From Camelus dromedarius (Eukaryota), in NCBI RefSeq assembly GCF_036321535.1, contig NC_087436.1:6448001-6512000 (forward strand): DNA of 64,000 bases. Reading direction: 5' to 3'. A program made the translations under genes and the position numbers. The notes beneath the pieces are model-generated. The model ran no database searches, was not told the origin of the DNA, and saw only the letters and a program-made list of their open reading frames with translations. Shown piece after piece: positions 37,787-49,917 of the stretch (position 1 is the first letter of the stretch; every line of letters starts with the position of its first letter).

Positions 37787-37968
37787 GCAGTTCTCAACCG
37801 GGAGCAAGTCTGCCCCCCAGGGACATCAGCCCATGTCTGGAGACATCCTCAATGGTCGCATCAAGGGTGTGCTATTGACATCCAGTGGGTAGAGGCCAGA
37901 GATGCCACTAAACCAAAAGACAGCACCTCAAATAAAGAATTCTCTGGCCCTAAATAAAAACAGTGCCC
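37787..37968 (+). mobile_element. MER20 hAT-Charlie DNA transposon
   Basis: gttctcaaccggg...gccccccagggaca...atgtctggagacat...catccagtgggtagaggccagagatgc. Confidence 0.85.
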
Positions 37969-38244
37969 GTACAATGTATGGTAGGGGGACCCTGTGTTCA
38001 CTCCTGGGTGTTTTTCCAGCAACATGCCTATATAAAATAAGTTTTCCCGATTCTCTGTCTTTGCCAGAAGTAAGAAAGAATTGGTATCCTGATAAAAGCA
38101 AATGTCTAAAACTTTTCCTCCAGTTAAATAGCTGTTTTAGCAAAATCATACATGTCCGTTATATCAGCTCAGGCAAAACGTTCCAAGCTGACAACAACAT
38201 TAAGATTACTTTGAAAATCTCTGTATTAACAGCTTACTATTTAA

Positions 38245-38401
38245 AACTTTATATTTATTTATTTTAAGCTTTTTTGGGGGGTAATTAGGCTTGTTTATTT
38301 TTTAAATTATTATTATGTTTTTAGTGGAGGCACTGGGATTTGAACCCAGGACCTCATGCGTGCTAAGCACGTGCTCTACCACTGAGTTTTGCCCTCCCCC
38401 T
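38245..38401 (-). mobile_element. Camelid tRNA-derived SINE (Vic-1-like)
   Basis: gtaattagg...tggaggcactgggatttgaacccaggacctcatgcgtgctaagcacgtgctctaccactgag. Confidence 0.88.
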
Positions 38402-39689
38402 CAATAGCTTGCTTTACGCCAAACACTTCCTAAAGCAAGTTCCTCAGCGTTAATGTCAAGAAGCTTCTTCTAGGTCCCTCTTTCAGATACGCCCATGACA
38501 TGTCCTGGGCATCCTTCCCAGAAACACTATTTCTAAAATAAATCTAAGAAAATTACTTAAAATTACTTTAAAACTACTTAAAACATTTCAAGTGTTACTA
38601 TAAACAGTAAACATGTCAGGAACACTTATTGAACATTAAATGAGTGTTCAAATTCAGTTAACCATAAGCATTTCCACCAAAAGAATGGTGTTTTCATTAA
38701 GCACCTCTGCTAAACGAATAAGGAATTGTGAAGATTCCTCTACCTCGTGTCTCCTTTCGACTCCTTTCTTCCTACAAGAAGACAGGAAAGTAGTGTTACT
38801 ATAACCTTTTAGCCACCATTTAGAAATAGGCTTCTAAATAGGTCGGCATCAGTAATATAAAGTCACATAATTTAAATAGATTCTACATGTGTTGTGGGTA
38901 GGAGACATTAACCTCACAAACAAATCTCTCATGTCCAAACGCTGCTCATTGGTTCTGGCAATAAATGATCATAGTGCAAAATAAGAATGATAGAGCTTGG
39001 TTTAAAGAAAAGGCATTCCATGCGAATGTTCTTTGCATTTGCAAACTTTTTCCCCCACTGCTAAAAATAATCAAAATCATCGTCAGATGAATGGCTGCCA
39101 GGTAGTAATCACCTGCGTGCACTAGGACCTCTGCCAGACGTCCTGTGTGCCCTCTGCTGAGCATCACAGATGCTTGGCTGGAGAGGTGTTTCCCTCTGGA
39201 GAGGCAAGGCTCAGCCCAGAATCAGCAGCTCCGCAGCTCTCAAGCCACAGACTCAAACCGAGGAAGGTTTTACTCCACCGTCAATGAACTCACGAGTCTG
39301 ACAACATTGAAGATCTGTTCCTCCTCCCTCTAGATCTTTCTTTGAACAAAATTCTATCATTCAAATGCCTCAGCCCAGACAGAACATGAAAGACTGCTGC
39401 TGTTACACTTAAATCTTGCCTGAGATTTCATCCCACAAAGGCATCTTGCCCCGTGTGGTTCTGCCCTTCCCCTCCTCGTGAGTCACTAGGGGGAAAAGCA
39501 GTCTGGGCTTGTGAGGTATCTCTGAGTCCTGTTTCCTTCTAGCTGCCTGACTTTGATCCATTCAGGTGGTTGTCAGTGTTCCCACACACGCTCCTCGGTA
39601 GCTGTCGCAGGACAGGGGAACAGGATAGTGCTTGGAGTCAAGAAGAGCCTGCACGTTCTCTGCCTGAAACTTTTCATCCCTGCTCAGCT

Positions 39690-39968
39690 TTGTCCGTGCG
39701 TGCGCGCGTGCGTGCGTGTGAAAAGGGATATCAAGGCTGTCAGAGAAGGAGGGTGGGGAGGGGAGATTCTGGGAGAGAGAAAGGAATAAAGGAGAGAAGA
39801 GGAAATGGAAAGAGAGAGGGAGAGGCGGTGAGAGAGGAAGGGACGGCAGGTTTATAGCTGCTCAGATCGCAGACAGAAATAGCACACAACCTCCGTGCCT
39901 GCACGCGGCTCAGAAACCAGGACCTGGCTGTGTTCACCTGCGTTAACCTGTTTCCCGGCAAGAAGGAA
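39690..39968 (+). promoter_or_regulatory. RXFP1: RXFP1 proximal promoter / 5'UTR
   Basis: Directly upstream of the ATG: alternating purine-pyrimidine tract (39695-39720), purine-rich tract (39721-39850), TTTATA at 39851-39856, then an ATG-free leader. The TSS cannot be fixed from sequence. Confidence 0.75.
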
Positions 39969-40017
39969 ATGCCATCTGGTCCTGTCTTCTTCTACATCTT
40001 GATTTTGGGGAAATACT
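39969..40017 (+). CDS. RXFP1: Relaxin family peptide receptor 1, coding part of exon 1 (signal peptide); partial gene, intron 1 runs to the window end
   Basis: ATG CCA TCT GGT CCT GTC TTC TTC TAC ATC TTG ATT TTG GGG AAA TAC T translates to MPSGPVFFYILILGKY plus one base. This matches the recalled human RXFP1 N-terminus MTSGSVFFYILIFGKY. A canonical phase-1 donor GTAAGT follows at 40018-40023. The upstream leader (gcagacagaaatagcacacaacc...cagaaacca...agaaggaaATG) also matches the recalled human 5'UTR. Too short for the ORF track. Confidence 0.95.
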
Positions 40018-42342
40018 GTAAGTATGCTCAGTATTTATTTTGTATGCCTTTGGATTTTATGACATAATCAAAAGTACAAATGTGTGTTTCTTACATGTAT
40101 GCTTTTAAGGTACAGATGCTCTTTCTGATAAAACTGTCATCTCACTTCAGAATCATTCTTCTCGACACATTTCTGGTACTTAAATTAAAAACTGGGATAA
40201 ATTGTCAGCTCAAGAGTTAAACAAGGCTAATGTGTCATGTAATCCTGTGCTTGTGAACAACCAGCTGGTCTCACTGATATTAACGATTGTTTTATAAATC
40301 ATGGTTTATTTCAAGAGGAGTGGTCCTTAAAGAGACTGTGTTCCAAAGATGTGCCCCGCTCACATATCCTGGGGGGTCTGTACCTTTCTTCCCCTTCCTG
40401 TGCCCGGTCTTTTGTGATCGTATCGTAAGTGACCCTCCTCCCGGGGAAATGCATTCAGAAAACTCCTTTTTTATTTAGCAAGGTTTCTCATTATTCCTGG
40501 AAAGAAGAACAAAGGAAAGCACAAAGCAGTGAAACCCCACAGATACACGAGGAGCCCAAGTTTTCCTTTTGCTATTGTGATTTTTTTTTCCTCCTCTCTG
40601 TGTGTGCCCTAATTCATTTTTCAGAAAATCTTTTTTTTTTTTAATCAAAAGAAGGAGTTGTTCAGCACTAAACCTTATTCAAACATCAGGTGAATAGAAA
40701 TTAGATGTTTTTGTTTCTCAGGTAATACATGATGAGAAAAATCAAAGCAAACCAAGAAAGAAAACCTTCTGGGAACCTTTCATACCTTATGGTGCTGGGA
40801 ATCACTAAGCTTTAACAGACTGGGAATTCACAAGCATGTTTACATTTCTCTGTCTCTTCAAAGTTTGCAGAAGTTTATTTACACGGAGACATTCCACGGA
40901 GGAATGTCTGGGAGTCAGTTGCAACCCTAACTCTCCCAATTCTAATGCATGTACTGCCCCAAAGTGATTTTTTTTTTTCCTTTATCTCCTCTCTTCCTGA
41001 CTTCGAGTACACTTTACTTTAATGGTCTAAAGGGGGAGACAGCATCCAAACCGAGGAAATGATGCCAAATCCTGGAGAAACACCCTAGTTTCCAGCTTTC
41101 TCCAGCTCTAATCTTATTGCTGACACTTCCATCTTCCAAATAGAGGTGCAAAGTCAAATCGTAAACCACATCAAAAATCGCAGGTTTCTAATAGAATCCA
41201 AGTGCTGACACTTGCAGCCAACAGCCTCATAAATCCAGAACATCTTTTGCCATCTCCTCTTCCATTTCAATGAAATGAGCAGACTGAATAAGTCAAATGA
41301 ATACTTGCAGAGAAGCATCCTAGTGTGAGGGGTTCAGGGGAGGGTGGAAGGTATTCAGGGCAAGCTGACAGGCAGTTTGGCTCATGTGTTCCCAGCCATT
41401 TGGTAAAAATGGTCCACGTTCAGCAAAAAAAAAAAAAAAAAAAAAAAAATTCTGTTTCCCTGTTTTCTCTTGTCCATAAAAATTTATTTTCATGAGCAGA
41501 AAATGGATAATAGTGATGAAGATGATGATGTCAAAACCCTCCAAAACCCTTTCCACATTTATCTTTTGGATCCTTAAAAGATTTTGGTAATGTCCTGTAA
41601 GTCCTGGGCACTGAGTTCTCATTCTTCCACGCCTCCCAGCCAGGCAAGTCGGATTCCCGGCCACATGCTGTCACTGGGTGGGATGGGGCAGGTATTTGAT
41701 AGGTGCCCCCAAAGTAGCAACCCACACCCATGACTTACCTGCAAGCTTATCTCATCACCAAGCTCCCCCCATCAGGAGAGGATCTCCTGTGCAGATAGCC
41801 AAGGAGAAGTCAACTACATAAGGACAACGTCTTAAATCTCTGTAACTACCCCATGGGTGTTGATAGTCTTGTTTTTCAATCCACTCTCCTGTTGCCCAGG
41901 AAAGACAGTGTGCTCTCCCGGGAGATTTAAGGTGCTTAACAGCACTACCATGTCCTCGCTCTGTAATTTCCCGCAGTGACTGAGAGCCTTAGTTTGTAAA
42001 AGGGCCATAAAATCTTTGACCCTGTCTACCTCCCAGAGCCCGTGTGTTTGGTTCTTTATTAGGTAAATTACCTCCTCGAATCTTCACAACAACTCTATTA
42101 CACGGACACAGTTAAGCACATGAGGAAGGCAAGACCAGGACATTCAGTACCTCGTCACAAGACTCAAGCTAAATAGTGCCAAGACTGGAAGGCTTCCTTA
42201 GTCTCTGCTCTCTTTCCTAGACCTTGATCATTCTTAGTAGATAGTAAATACAAAAGGACTTTGAAAACAGAAGGCCCTCTATAGACCTAAGCAATTACTG
42301 GTCATCCTTTTAACTAAAAGTATGTATTGAATGCCAGTTACC

Positions 42343-42662
42343 TAATGAACTCATCTACAAAACAGAAACAGACTCACAGACATAGTGAACAGTCTTATGG
42401 TTACTGGGAAAGGGAGTGGGAAGGAATAAATTTGGGAGTTTGAGACTTACTAATGTTAGCCACTATATATAAAAATAGATTTTTTAAAAAGTTTCTTCAG
42501 TATAGCACAGGGAACTAAGCTCAATATTTTGTAATAACCTTTAATGAAAAAGAATATGAAAATGAATATATGTATGTATATGCATGACTGGGACATTGTG
42601 CTGCACACCAGAAATTGACTCATTGTAATTGACTGTACTTCAATTAAAAAAAAAAAAAAAAA
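42343..42662 (+). mobile_element. L1 3'UTR with poly(A) tail
   Basis: aatgaactcatctacaaaacagaaacagactc...tacttcaattaaa(A)n. Confidence 0.9.
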
Positions 42663-42874
42663 GCAGCATGACCCTTGCTCTGAAGGGTTAGAGTGGAGAA
42701 GAGAGAGGGTTTCAAGGATGACCAAACAGTGAGACAGGGCAAAAACCTAGGTGCACACAGAGAGGAGCCACATTAAGATGCAGGGAAAAAAAAAAAAAAG
42801 ATTCAAAAAAGATTTCCTTTTAGCCTTGAGGATTTCTTTATTCTTAAAAACTCCTCCATCTATAGTCCAGTTGG

Positions 42875-42980
42875 CTGTATTGTGCTGATGTTGATTTCCC
42901 AGTTTTCATGATGTCCTATGGTTGTGTGAGATTGCACCACAAGGGGAAGCTGGGTGATGGTCTGTGGGGACCCCTTGCAC
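42875..42980 (+). mobile_element. Old L1 (L1MC/ME-like) 3'UTR fragment
   Basis: atgttgatttcc...ggggaagctgggtga.gg...gcaacttcttgt. Confidence 0.6.
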
Positions 42981-43085
42981 TTGTTTGGCAACTTCTTGTA
43001 TCACAAGTCCTTATCAGCAAATGCTTTACTCAGCCCTTAACCAGTATCATGAAGAAAAAGCAATCCTTTCACTTAGCACACTGAG

Positions 43086-43236
43086 TTTGTTTATTTTTTA
43101 TTTTTAGGGGAGGAGGTAATTATGTTTTTTAAATTTATTTATACATTTATTTATTTAATGGAGGTGCTGGGGATTGAACCCAGGACCTCATGCATGCTAG
43201 GCATGTGCTCTACCACCGAGCTGTCCCCTCCCCACC
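43086..43236 (-). mobile_element. Camelid tRNA-derived SINE (Vic-1-like)
   Basis: ggaggtaatta...tggaggtgctggggattgaacccaggacctcatgcatgctaggcatgtgctctaccac. Confidence 0.88.
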
Positions 43237-43379
43237 TCCAATGCTTTGGATAGGCAGGGAACAAGGAAGGAAGTAGGAAATAGAAGAGGCTCAAATATAA
43301 ATTTGATTCCCTTTAGTATTTCCCCAAGAACTGGCCCGGCTGGTAAGGTCCTCACTGTTAGATTTCACGCGGATACCTA

Positions 43380-43395
43380 CAGCGCCACCTGGTAT
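43380..43395 (-). promoter_or_regulatory. Candidate CTCF binding site in RXFP1 intron 1
   Basis: + strand CAGCGCCACCTGGTAT; - strand ATACCAGGTGGCGCTG matches the CTCF core CCAGGTGGCGCTG. Motif match only. Confidence 0.55.
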
Positions 43396-43844
43396 TTGCG
43401 TTAGGTCCTGGCACTGGCCTGGACCAAGATGGGGTGGAGGGGAATGGTCCTGGACAGACCATTAGTACGTGAAAAGCAGACCATTAGTACACGATGCATC
43501 CACCCACCTCCAAAAGCTAGAAGAAGAGACTTGCCAATATACAGACCACAGAAGCGTCTAACATTTCACCTCCCGTGTTTTAAGGTTGCTCACAAGTCTG
43601 AACTGCCCTCCTCTGAATTTGGAATCATATTTTTACTGTTCAAATAGAAAAAAAAAAAAAGAACAAGTCTGTGCAAATGCATCATTGTCATCTGAATAAA
43701 GAAAAACAAATTATTATATTTGTGAACTAAAAGAGTTTTGCAAGCTTCATTACACGTTAGGACAAAATTGTTCAGCTGAAATGCCTGGAGTTGGGTATTC
43801 TTGCAAGATTTATTTTTGGACTGAAAAAACCATAAGCATTTTTT

Positions 43845-44226
43845 CACTGTATGATTTTTAGGTGTCCAGAATTATAATTCAACGTTTGCATACACTACAG
43901 AGTGATCACAACCGCAAGGTCGAGTTACCATCCGTCACCATACACTTGACCCCTCCACCCATTTCACACCCCACAACCCTCTTGCCATCTGGCAGCCACT
44001 AATCTAATCTCCGTATCCATGAGTTTGTGTTTTATTTTGTTTCTTTGTTTTATTTTTGTAGATTCCACATATGAGTGAAATCATGCGGTATTTGACTTTC
44101 TCTATCTGACTTATTTCACTTAGCGTCCATCCATGTTGTCTCACGTGGCAGGATTTCATTCTTTTCATGGCTGGGTAGTATTCCTTTGTGTATACATACC
44201 AGAGCTACTTTACCCAGTCATCCAAC
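43845..44226 (-). mobile_element. Older L1 3'UTR fragment
   Basis: tagattccacatatgagtgaaatcatgcggtatttg.ctttctct.tctgacttatttcacttagc. Confidence 0.85.
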
Positions 44227-44364
44227 AATGAACAAAATCTGCATAGACTCATTACTGGTAAGGAGACTGAAACAGTAACAAAAATCTCTCAACAAACACA
44301 CTGTGAGCATTTGCACCATTTTAATTTCAAGTTCTGGGATGGTGGTTATGGATGTGGTGGTCAT

Positions 44365-44570
44365 TATAGCAACCATTTATTGAGAGCTCTCCATGGACCG
44401 CGGACTGTGCCAAATGCTTTACAAGTATCATCTGATGTTATCCCTGTAACAACCTTAAGTGATATTCTTACTTTACAAAATAGGAAACAGAAAATGAGAA
44501 ATATTAAGTCACATGCCTGGCATCATCCTTAAGAGGTCTTGCAAAAGAGATTTCAGTCCAAGTCTGTGTC
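44365..44570 (-). mobile_element. MIR SINE
   Basis: catttattgag...actgtgccaaatgctttaca...tttacaaaataggaaacaga. Confidence 0.7.
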
Positions 44571-46001
44571 CTTGGAAGGCCTGTGCTAGTAAAACTTGAT
44601 TCAGTGCTAATATTTTCTAAAGCTACAATATCTTAGAATTAAAAGGGACCAGAACAGGACCCCTCGTCTAGCCTACTGATCCTTCAGCAAGTTACATATT
44701 TCTCCATTTTCGTTATTAAGCAATAGAGAAATATTGACCAGCCCAAGGTCATTGGTGAATCCAAACAAAAACAAAGTTTCCATGAGAGCAAGGCCCTCCC
44801 CATCCCAGGGGCGTCTGAGAAATTCACCCAGGTGGTATTTACAAATCTCCCCTATGAGCTGGTACCATCTGCTTTACATACATTCTCAGTGTGTGCCAAA
44901 AATTGATGAATGGAGACACATGCTTAAATAATTTGTATGGAAATTTAGACTCAACCTGTATTGCCTCCAGGATTTTGCTCGGGAAGCACTTTGGTTTGCA
45001 GCCCCCGGCCCAGAGCTATACACAGAGGAAGGGCCAGTACCGAGTGACTTACCTCTTACCTGAGCCTACCTCTCCCTCCTCCTGGGTATTTTGTCCCCTC
45101 GTTTCCTCCACAGCCCAGTGGCTCTGGATCCCATCTTATGCACAACCATCCAGTGCTCTCTCATCCTCTTCAATTCTGCACCTCCACCCATCACCCTGAC
45201 CAGAACCACGAGGGTCCATCACTGAAACCAGAAGCCCTTCCCTTCTTTGGAGCTAAACAGGGGCAAGTTGTGTGTATATCAAATTTTGGTATTAGTCTCT
45301 AGCACAGCAAAGATCAATGTTGAGTGGGGGGAAAGGACAGTATAAAGTGGGGTCTCTGGCTATTTGAGTTTGAAATTGCTATTTTCTTGTAAAATAGGTG
45401 CATTTTATTGTAATTCGGAGATTTGATTTCTGTTACATAGATTTATTTTACAGTTATTTCAGTATTACTGGACTTAACTAGAGTCTCGTTATTTCTTAAA
45501 TCTTCTATGATAATGAATATATCTGTTTAAAATAATCAGTGCTCTCGAAAATGGGAGAATGATCTTTGGGGAGGGGGACCTTCGGGCTTTTCCTGGGCTG
45601 TTCCAGGCCACGTGGAGCCCTGGTCTCTGGTCTGTGCACAGGTCCCTCTCCCCAACCCATCCCCGCCTTCCTCCTCAGCTTGTCCCCCACCCCCACCCTG
45701 ACGTGACCCCAGGGGCTTCAGTTCTCATTCTGTCATGAAGGACCACCCAGAGCTCTCTCCTGTCGAGCCCCTGTCTCCAAACTCAGTTCCATGCCCACCC
45801 ATGGGATCAGCTACAGAAAGGGACAGCAGATAACTGGATGTACTCTTTAACAATGAGATTCACCCTTTTCAGAAGGCAGTTGAGATTTTAAGTCATTTTT
45901 TTGTTTGTTTTTGGCAGAGGGTTGAGTGTGAGCTTGAACTAAGAGGCCATTCAATGACATGACTTAATTCATTGACAAAAATATTTAGGTGTAAAAAAAA
46001 A

Positions 46002-46423
46002 TTGCAGCAACATGGATGGACCTACAGATGATTATACTGAGTGAAGTAGGTCAGACAGAGAAAAGACAAATGTCATATGATGTCACTCATATGTGGAATC
46101 TAAAAAATGACACAAATGAACTGATTTACAAAACAGAAAAAGACTCACAGACCTAGAAAACAAACTTATGGTTACAAAGGGGAAAGGGGAGGTGGGATAA
46201 ATTAGGAGTTTGAGATTAAGATACACACACTACTGTATATAAAATAGATAAACAACAAGGACCTACTGTACAGCACAGGGAACTATATTCAATATCTTGT
46301 AATAACCTATAGTGAAAAAGAATATGAAAAAGAATATATATATATAGATGTATAACTGAATCGCTATGCTGTGCACCAGAAACTAACACAACATTGTAAA
46401 TCAGCTGTACTTCAATTAAAAAA
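46002..46423 (+). mobile_element. L1 3' end with TSD
   Basis: ttgcagcaacatggatggaccta...tacttcaattaaa; TSD atttaggtgta / atttagttgta. Confidence 0.92.
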
Positions 46424-46732
46424 ATTTAGTTGTACTATTGTCTCCTAACAGTATTCTCTCTTGATTCTTATCTAATTCATTTAAGGAAAAATTATATGAA
46501 GTCTCTTTTTCTGCCTCCAGCTGTCTGAGTCACCAGTAAATTGCAATTTGGTTAAACAGTTTCCTCTTCTGTCTCTCAAGTATTTTTTTTAAATTTAAGT
46601 TTCATAAAATTAGACTTTTTGAGTTCAACATGAAGCTTCTAGAGTTCAACGCCCTCATTTCTTGCCCAGGAGGAGACGGAGGCCGGTGGCTGGGCTCCCT
46701 TTTGCTGTCAGCTTCCTTATCCTTTACTCACT

Positions 46733-46854
46733 TTTTTTTGGCGAGAGGGAGGTAATTCGGTATTTATCTATATAATGTGGGTGCTGGGGATGGAACCCAG
46801 GACCCGGTGCTGAGTAAGAACCCGTGCTCCACCACTGAGCTGTGCCCTCCCCGT
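46733..46854 (-). mobile_element. Camelid tRNA-derived SINE (Vic-1-like) with perfect TSD
   Basis: 11-bp TSD ctttactcact at 46722-46732 and 46855-46865; body tgctggggatggaacccaggacc...tgctccaccactgagct. Confidence 0.88.
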
Positions 46855-49800
46855 CTTTACTCACTGCTGAAAGCGGGTCTCCATCTCGCATGTAGGATAG
46901 AGGGTGAACTGTCAAAGAACCTAGACCGAGGTTATTCGCATACATTTATTATCCAGCACAGTCCTAGCCTCAAAAATTGAGATTTGCCCATCTGCTACGC
47001 TGGTATCCCGTTCCACATACCTGCCTGGCAGATCATTTTAAACTATTCTCACAACCCAGGAGAGACTGGGCAGAGGAGAGAGGGGTCCTTGTTACACCTT
47101 CCTGAGTCCAGGCTTGCAGTCAGGCCCGGAGGAACCCTCATGAAAGGGGCTTCCACATTTTTCAGAGTGAATTCAGATCCAGTGGGTGTTTTCGCATCCG
47201 CGTTCCTCGCTCCCATGCTGCTCCCCAGACAACTACGTCATCTTTAAAGAGGCAGCATTTTCATCACGCACCGTGCAGACGAAGGCACGGAGCCCTGGGG
47301 CATCCCACCAAGGCGGGGGAGGCTGAGGGCTGCAGGCTGTGGGACACTGAGCGTTGCTGGACAGGAGGAAGGAAACCGTCTGCTTCCCAGGAGGCATCTG
47401 TACTCTCAGAATCTCTCTGCCTCTCCTTTCAAGACAGTGCCCTCTTTCCCCTAGATGCCCCCAAGTAGCTTGGGCTCCAAATACCAATGTGCTTCACTTC
47501 TCCTATAACCCCTTCCTCCCCAACCCCCAAAATATTGAGTCTTCTGTCTCTGTGCCTGTGCTGAGGCTGGTACTTGAGGTACAGGAGGAGGAGGAGGTAC
47601 AGTTGAGACTCTGCTCATACAGAGTAGAGCCCCCCAAACTCACTCTTTCCTCCTTTACCCCACCTTGGCACACACACGATTTCCTGAGATGGAGTCATGT
47701 GTTTTACAGCTTCCTGGGGATTTAAAGGAGGCCTACAGAAGCCAGGCAACCCAACTTCACTGCCGTGCGATGCTACCCAAAGGTATCCACCATTCATGAT
47801 TTGCTAGCAAGTAACTCCCACGCTGGTAGTAAATTCTCTCTGCCGGCTTGACTTCCTGTTCACCTGGCAGGGTGAGGCTGTCTTTGCATTTTGGCTCCAG
47901 GCATCGAAATAAAGGGAACGCTGTGTATGAATCTCCTTAGCCATGTTCCCACTGCCTTGGGGTTTTGACCCTGCTCTGTGGTCAGTTTCTCCCTTCTCAT
48001 CCCTCCACGTGGAATCCCAGCAGCTCCTCCTCACAGGGCCTCCAGGGGGCCCGGATTTGACACCCAGTTCTAATCAACCAGGTCCCCTTCCTCCCCTCGC
48101 ACTTAATTTCTCCCTTTTTTAATCTCAACGGTTCTCTCTCTTTCTTAGCCTAACTCACCACCCCTCTGGACAAAATCTACGCTAAAGAAACTGTCCTCTC
48201 TTGGTTCCAAACCTTGTCATCAGAATTCTTATTTCTACCCACCTCTTCTCCCTAAGATCCCCTCCTTGCCGATTAGAGGACAGTTGCCTTTAAACACACC
48301 GTATTCAGGTCATCCCCCACCCGGCCCCATTTTGCAGTTATTCATGGACATTTTGGGCTGATTTTTGCAACATTTAGTAAGTTGGTTCCAATACTTCATG
48401 TAAGGAAGTCATGAGCATGCAAATTTCTGTAGTTGCAGCCGTTTTTTAAACAGATAAACCTGACTTTACAGACTGAAAATTGAAATGTTAGAGACTGAGA
48501 TGTGCAAATCGACATGAATTGACAAATTCTGAATAGCGTGTCTAAATGTGTGTGCCTGGCTCTGCTGAGAGAGGTCAGAGAAGCCACCCCACATGGCTTT
48601 TGGGGAAGACTTTATCCAGGACACACATCGCAGTTATAAATGAATGAGAATAACTAATTAAGACCTCAGGTGCATCGGCGCTGAGAACGCCAATCACGTG
48701 CCACTATGGGCACTCCCATGTCCACTCCCATCCACATCTTTCTTGTCTCCCTTTTCTCTCATCCTCAGCTGCTCCCCTCCTACCCCGGCCTTTTGGTATT
48801 TTAATAGGTTTTTCCCAGAGCAGGCTGGAGATGTTGGACTCATTTTCAGTGGTCCAGAGATTTGGCATTTGTGCTTTCTGTGTTGCAGCTGATCTGCTGG
48901 AAATTGCAAAACTGCCTCCTGGTTTATAAATGTTCCTACTTTCTCACACATTTCAAACTTAGACGTGAAGACGTCACCCATCACACTGTCCGTCAGCTCC
49001 TCGTAACCTCCATTTAACCTCCCCTCTTTGTGTTGAGATCGGGAGAGGTGGCGAGCTTGGCTGAGTTAAATATAGATTTTTATTTCTGCCCTCCTGATTG
49101 CAGTCATTACCCCTGCTGTCCCGAGCTCATAGCACAGGAATTTCTGCTCCCTGGAAAAAGGGATTATTTTGTTAGTTGATGTTTAATAACTTTTCTCAGC
49201 AACTGAGCATCCATCCCCAGTTTGGACGTGAACTATTGGGGCAAATCAACTGTCCATCATGTCCACTTTAATGGAAAAAAAAATCTGTACAAATCTTCTT
49301 GGCATGCTGCTGCTCTCTTAGGCATCTTTTTCAAAGTTTCTAAGCTAGTAGATGTAGCAAGTTCCATACTCTCTCCTGGTCCATTATCATGATTACCTAG
49401 GAGAATAAATTAAATACATGTCCTCCCTCCCCTCTAAGTACAAACCAAAGAGAGACATGTAAGACAGACATGCAGGCACACAGGCTAGAATTATTAAATT
49501 AACATGAGAACAGATAAGTCAAGGCCAAATATGTTAAGATGACTGTATCCTCTCAACAGTTTGCCTGTGGAAGAGTTATCATGGATGCCTGGATAGATAA
49601 ATGGAGAATGAATGTGGTACTGGTCAGGAATGGAATTTAACAAGGCAGTGTGTCACGGAGGAATCAAAGGAAGCACTGAGGCCACATGGGATTGAACAAA
49701 AATAAGCAGTGTTTGCAGAGTGCAAGCCTTCAGAGATAAAAGAAGAACGCAGTGAAATCACTCAGCTGGATCAGAGGTACAGGCAGCGGAGGGAACAGGG

Positions 49801-49917
49801 AAAGGCATGTTTGTGTTGTGGATGATGTAACTGTTATAAAGCCATTAATTATACATGGTCTAGTCCTAGAATGGGCTCATATCTAAAGAAAGTCATCTAG
49901 AACAAGAGCTTTCACCT

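Noticed and set aside
43455..43490. 14-bp direct repeat cagaccattagtac with an 8-bp spacer
   Set aside because: A small local duplication with no evidence of function or of an inserted element.
48870..49052. Possible cassette exon after the acceptor-like tgtgttgcag
   Set aside because: No good donor site, no recognisable protein similarity and no transcript evidence.
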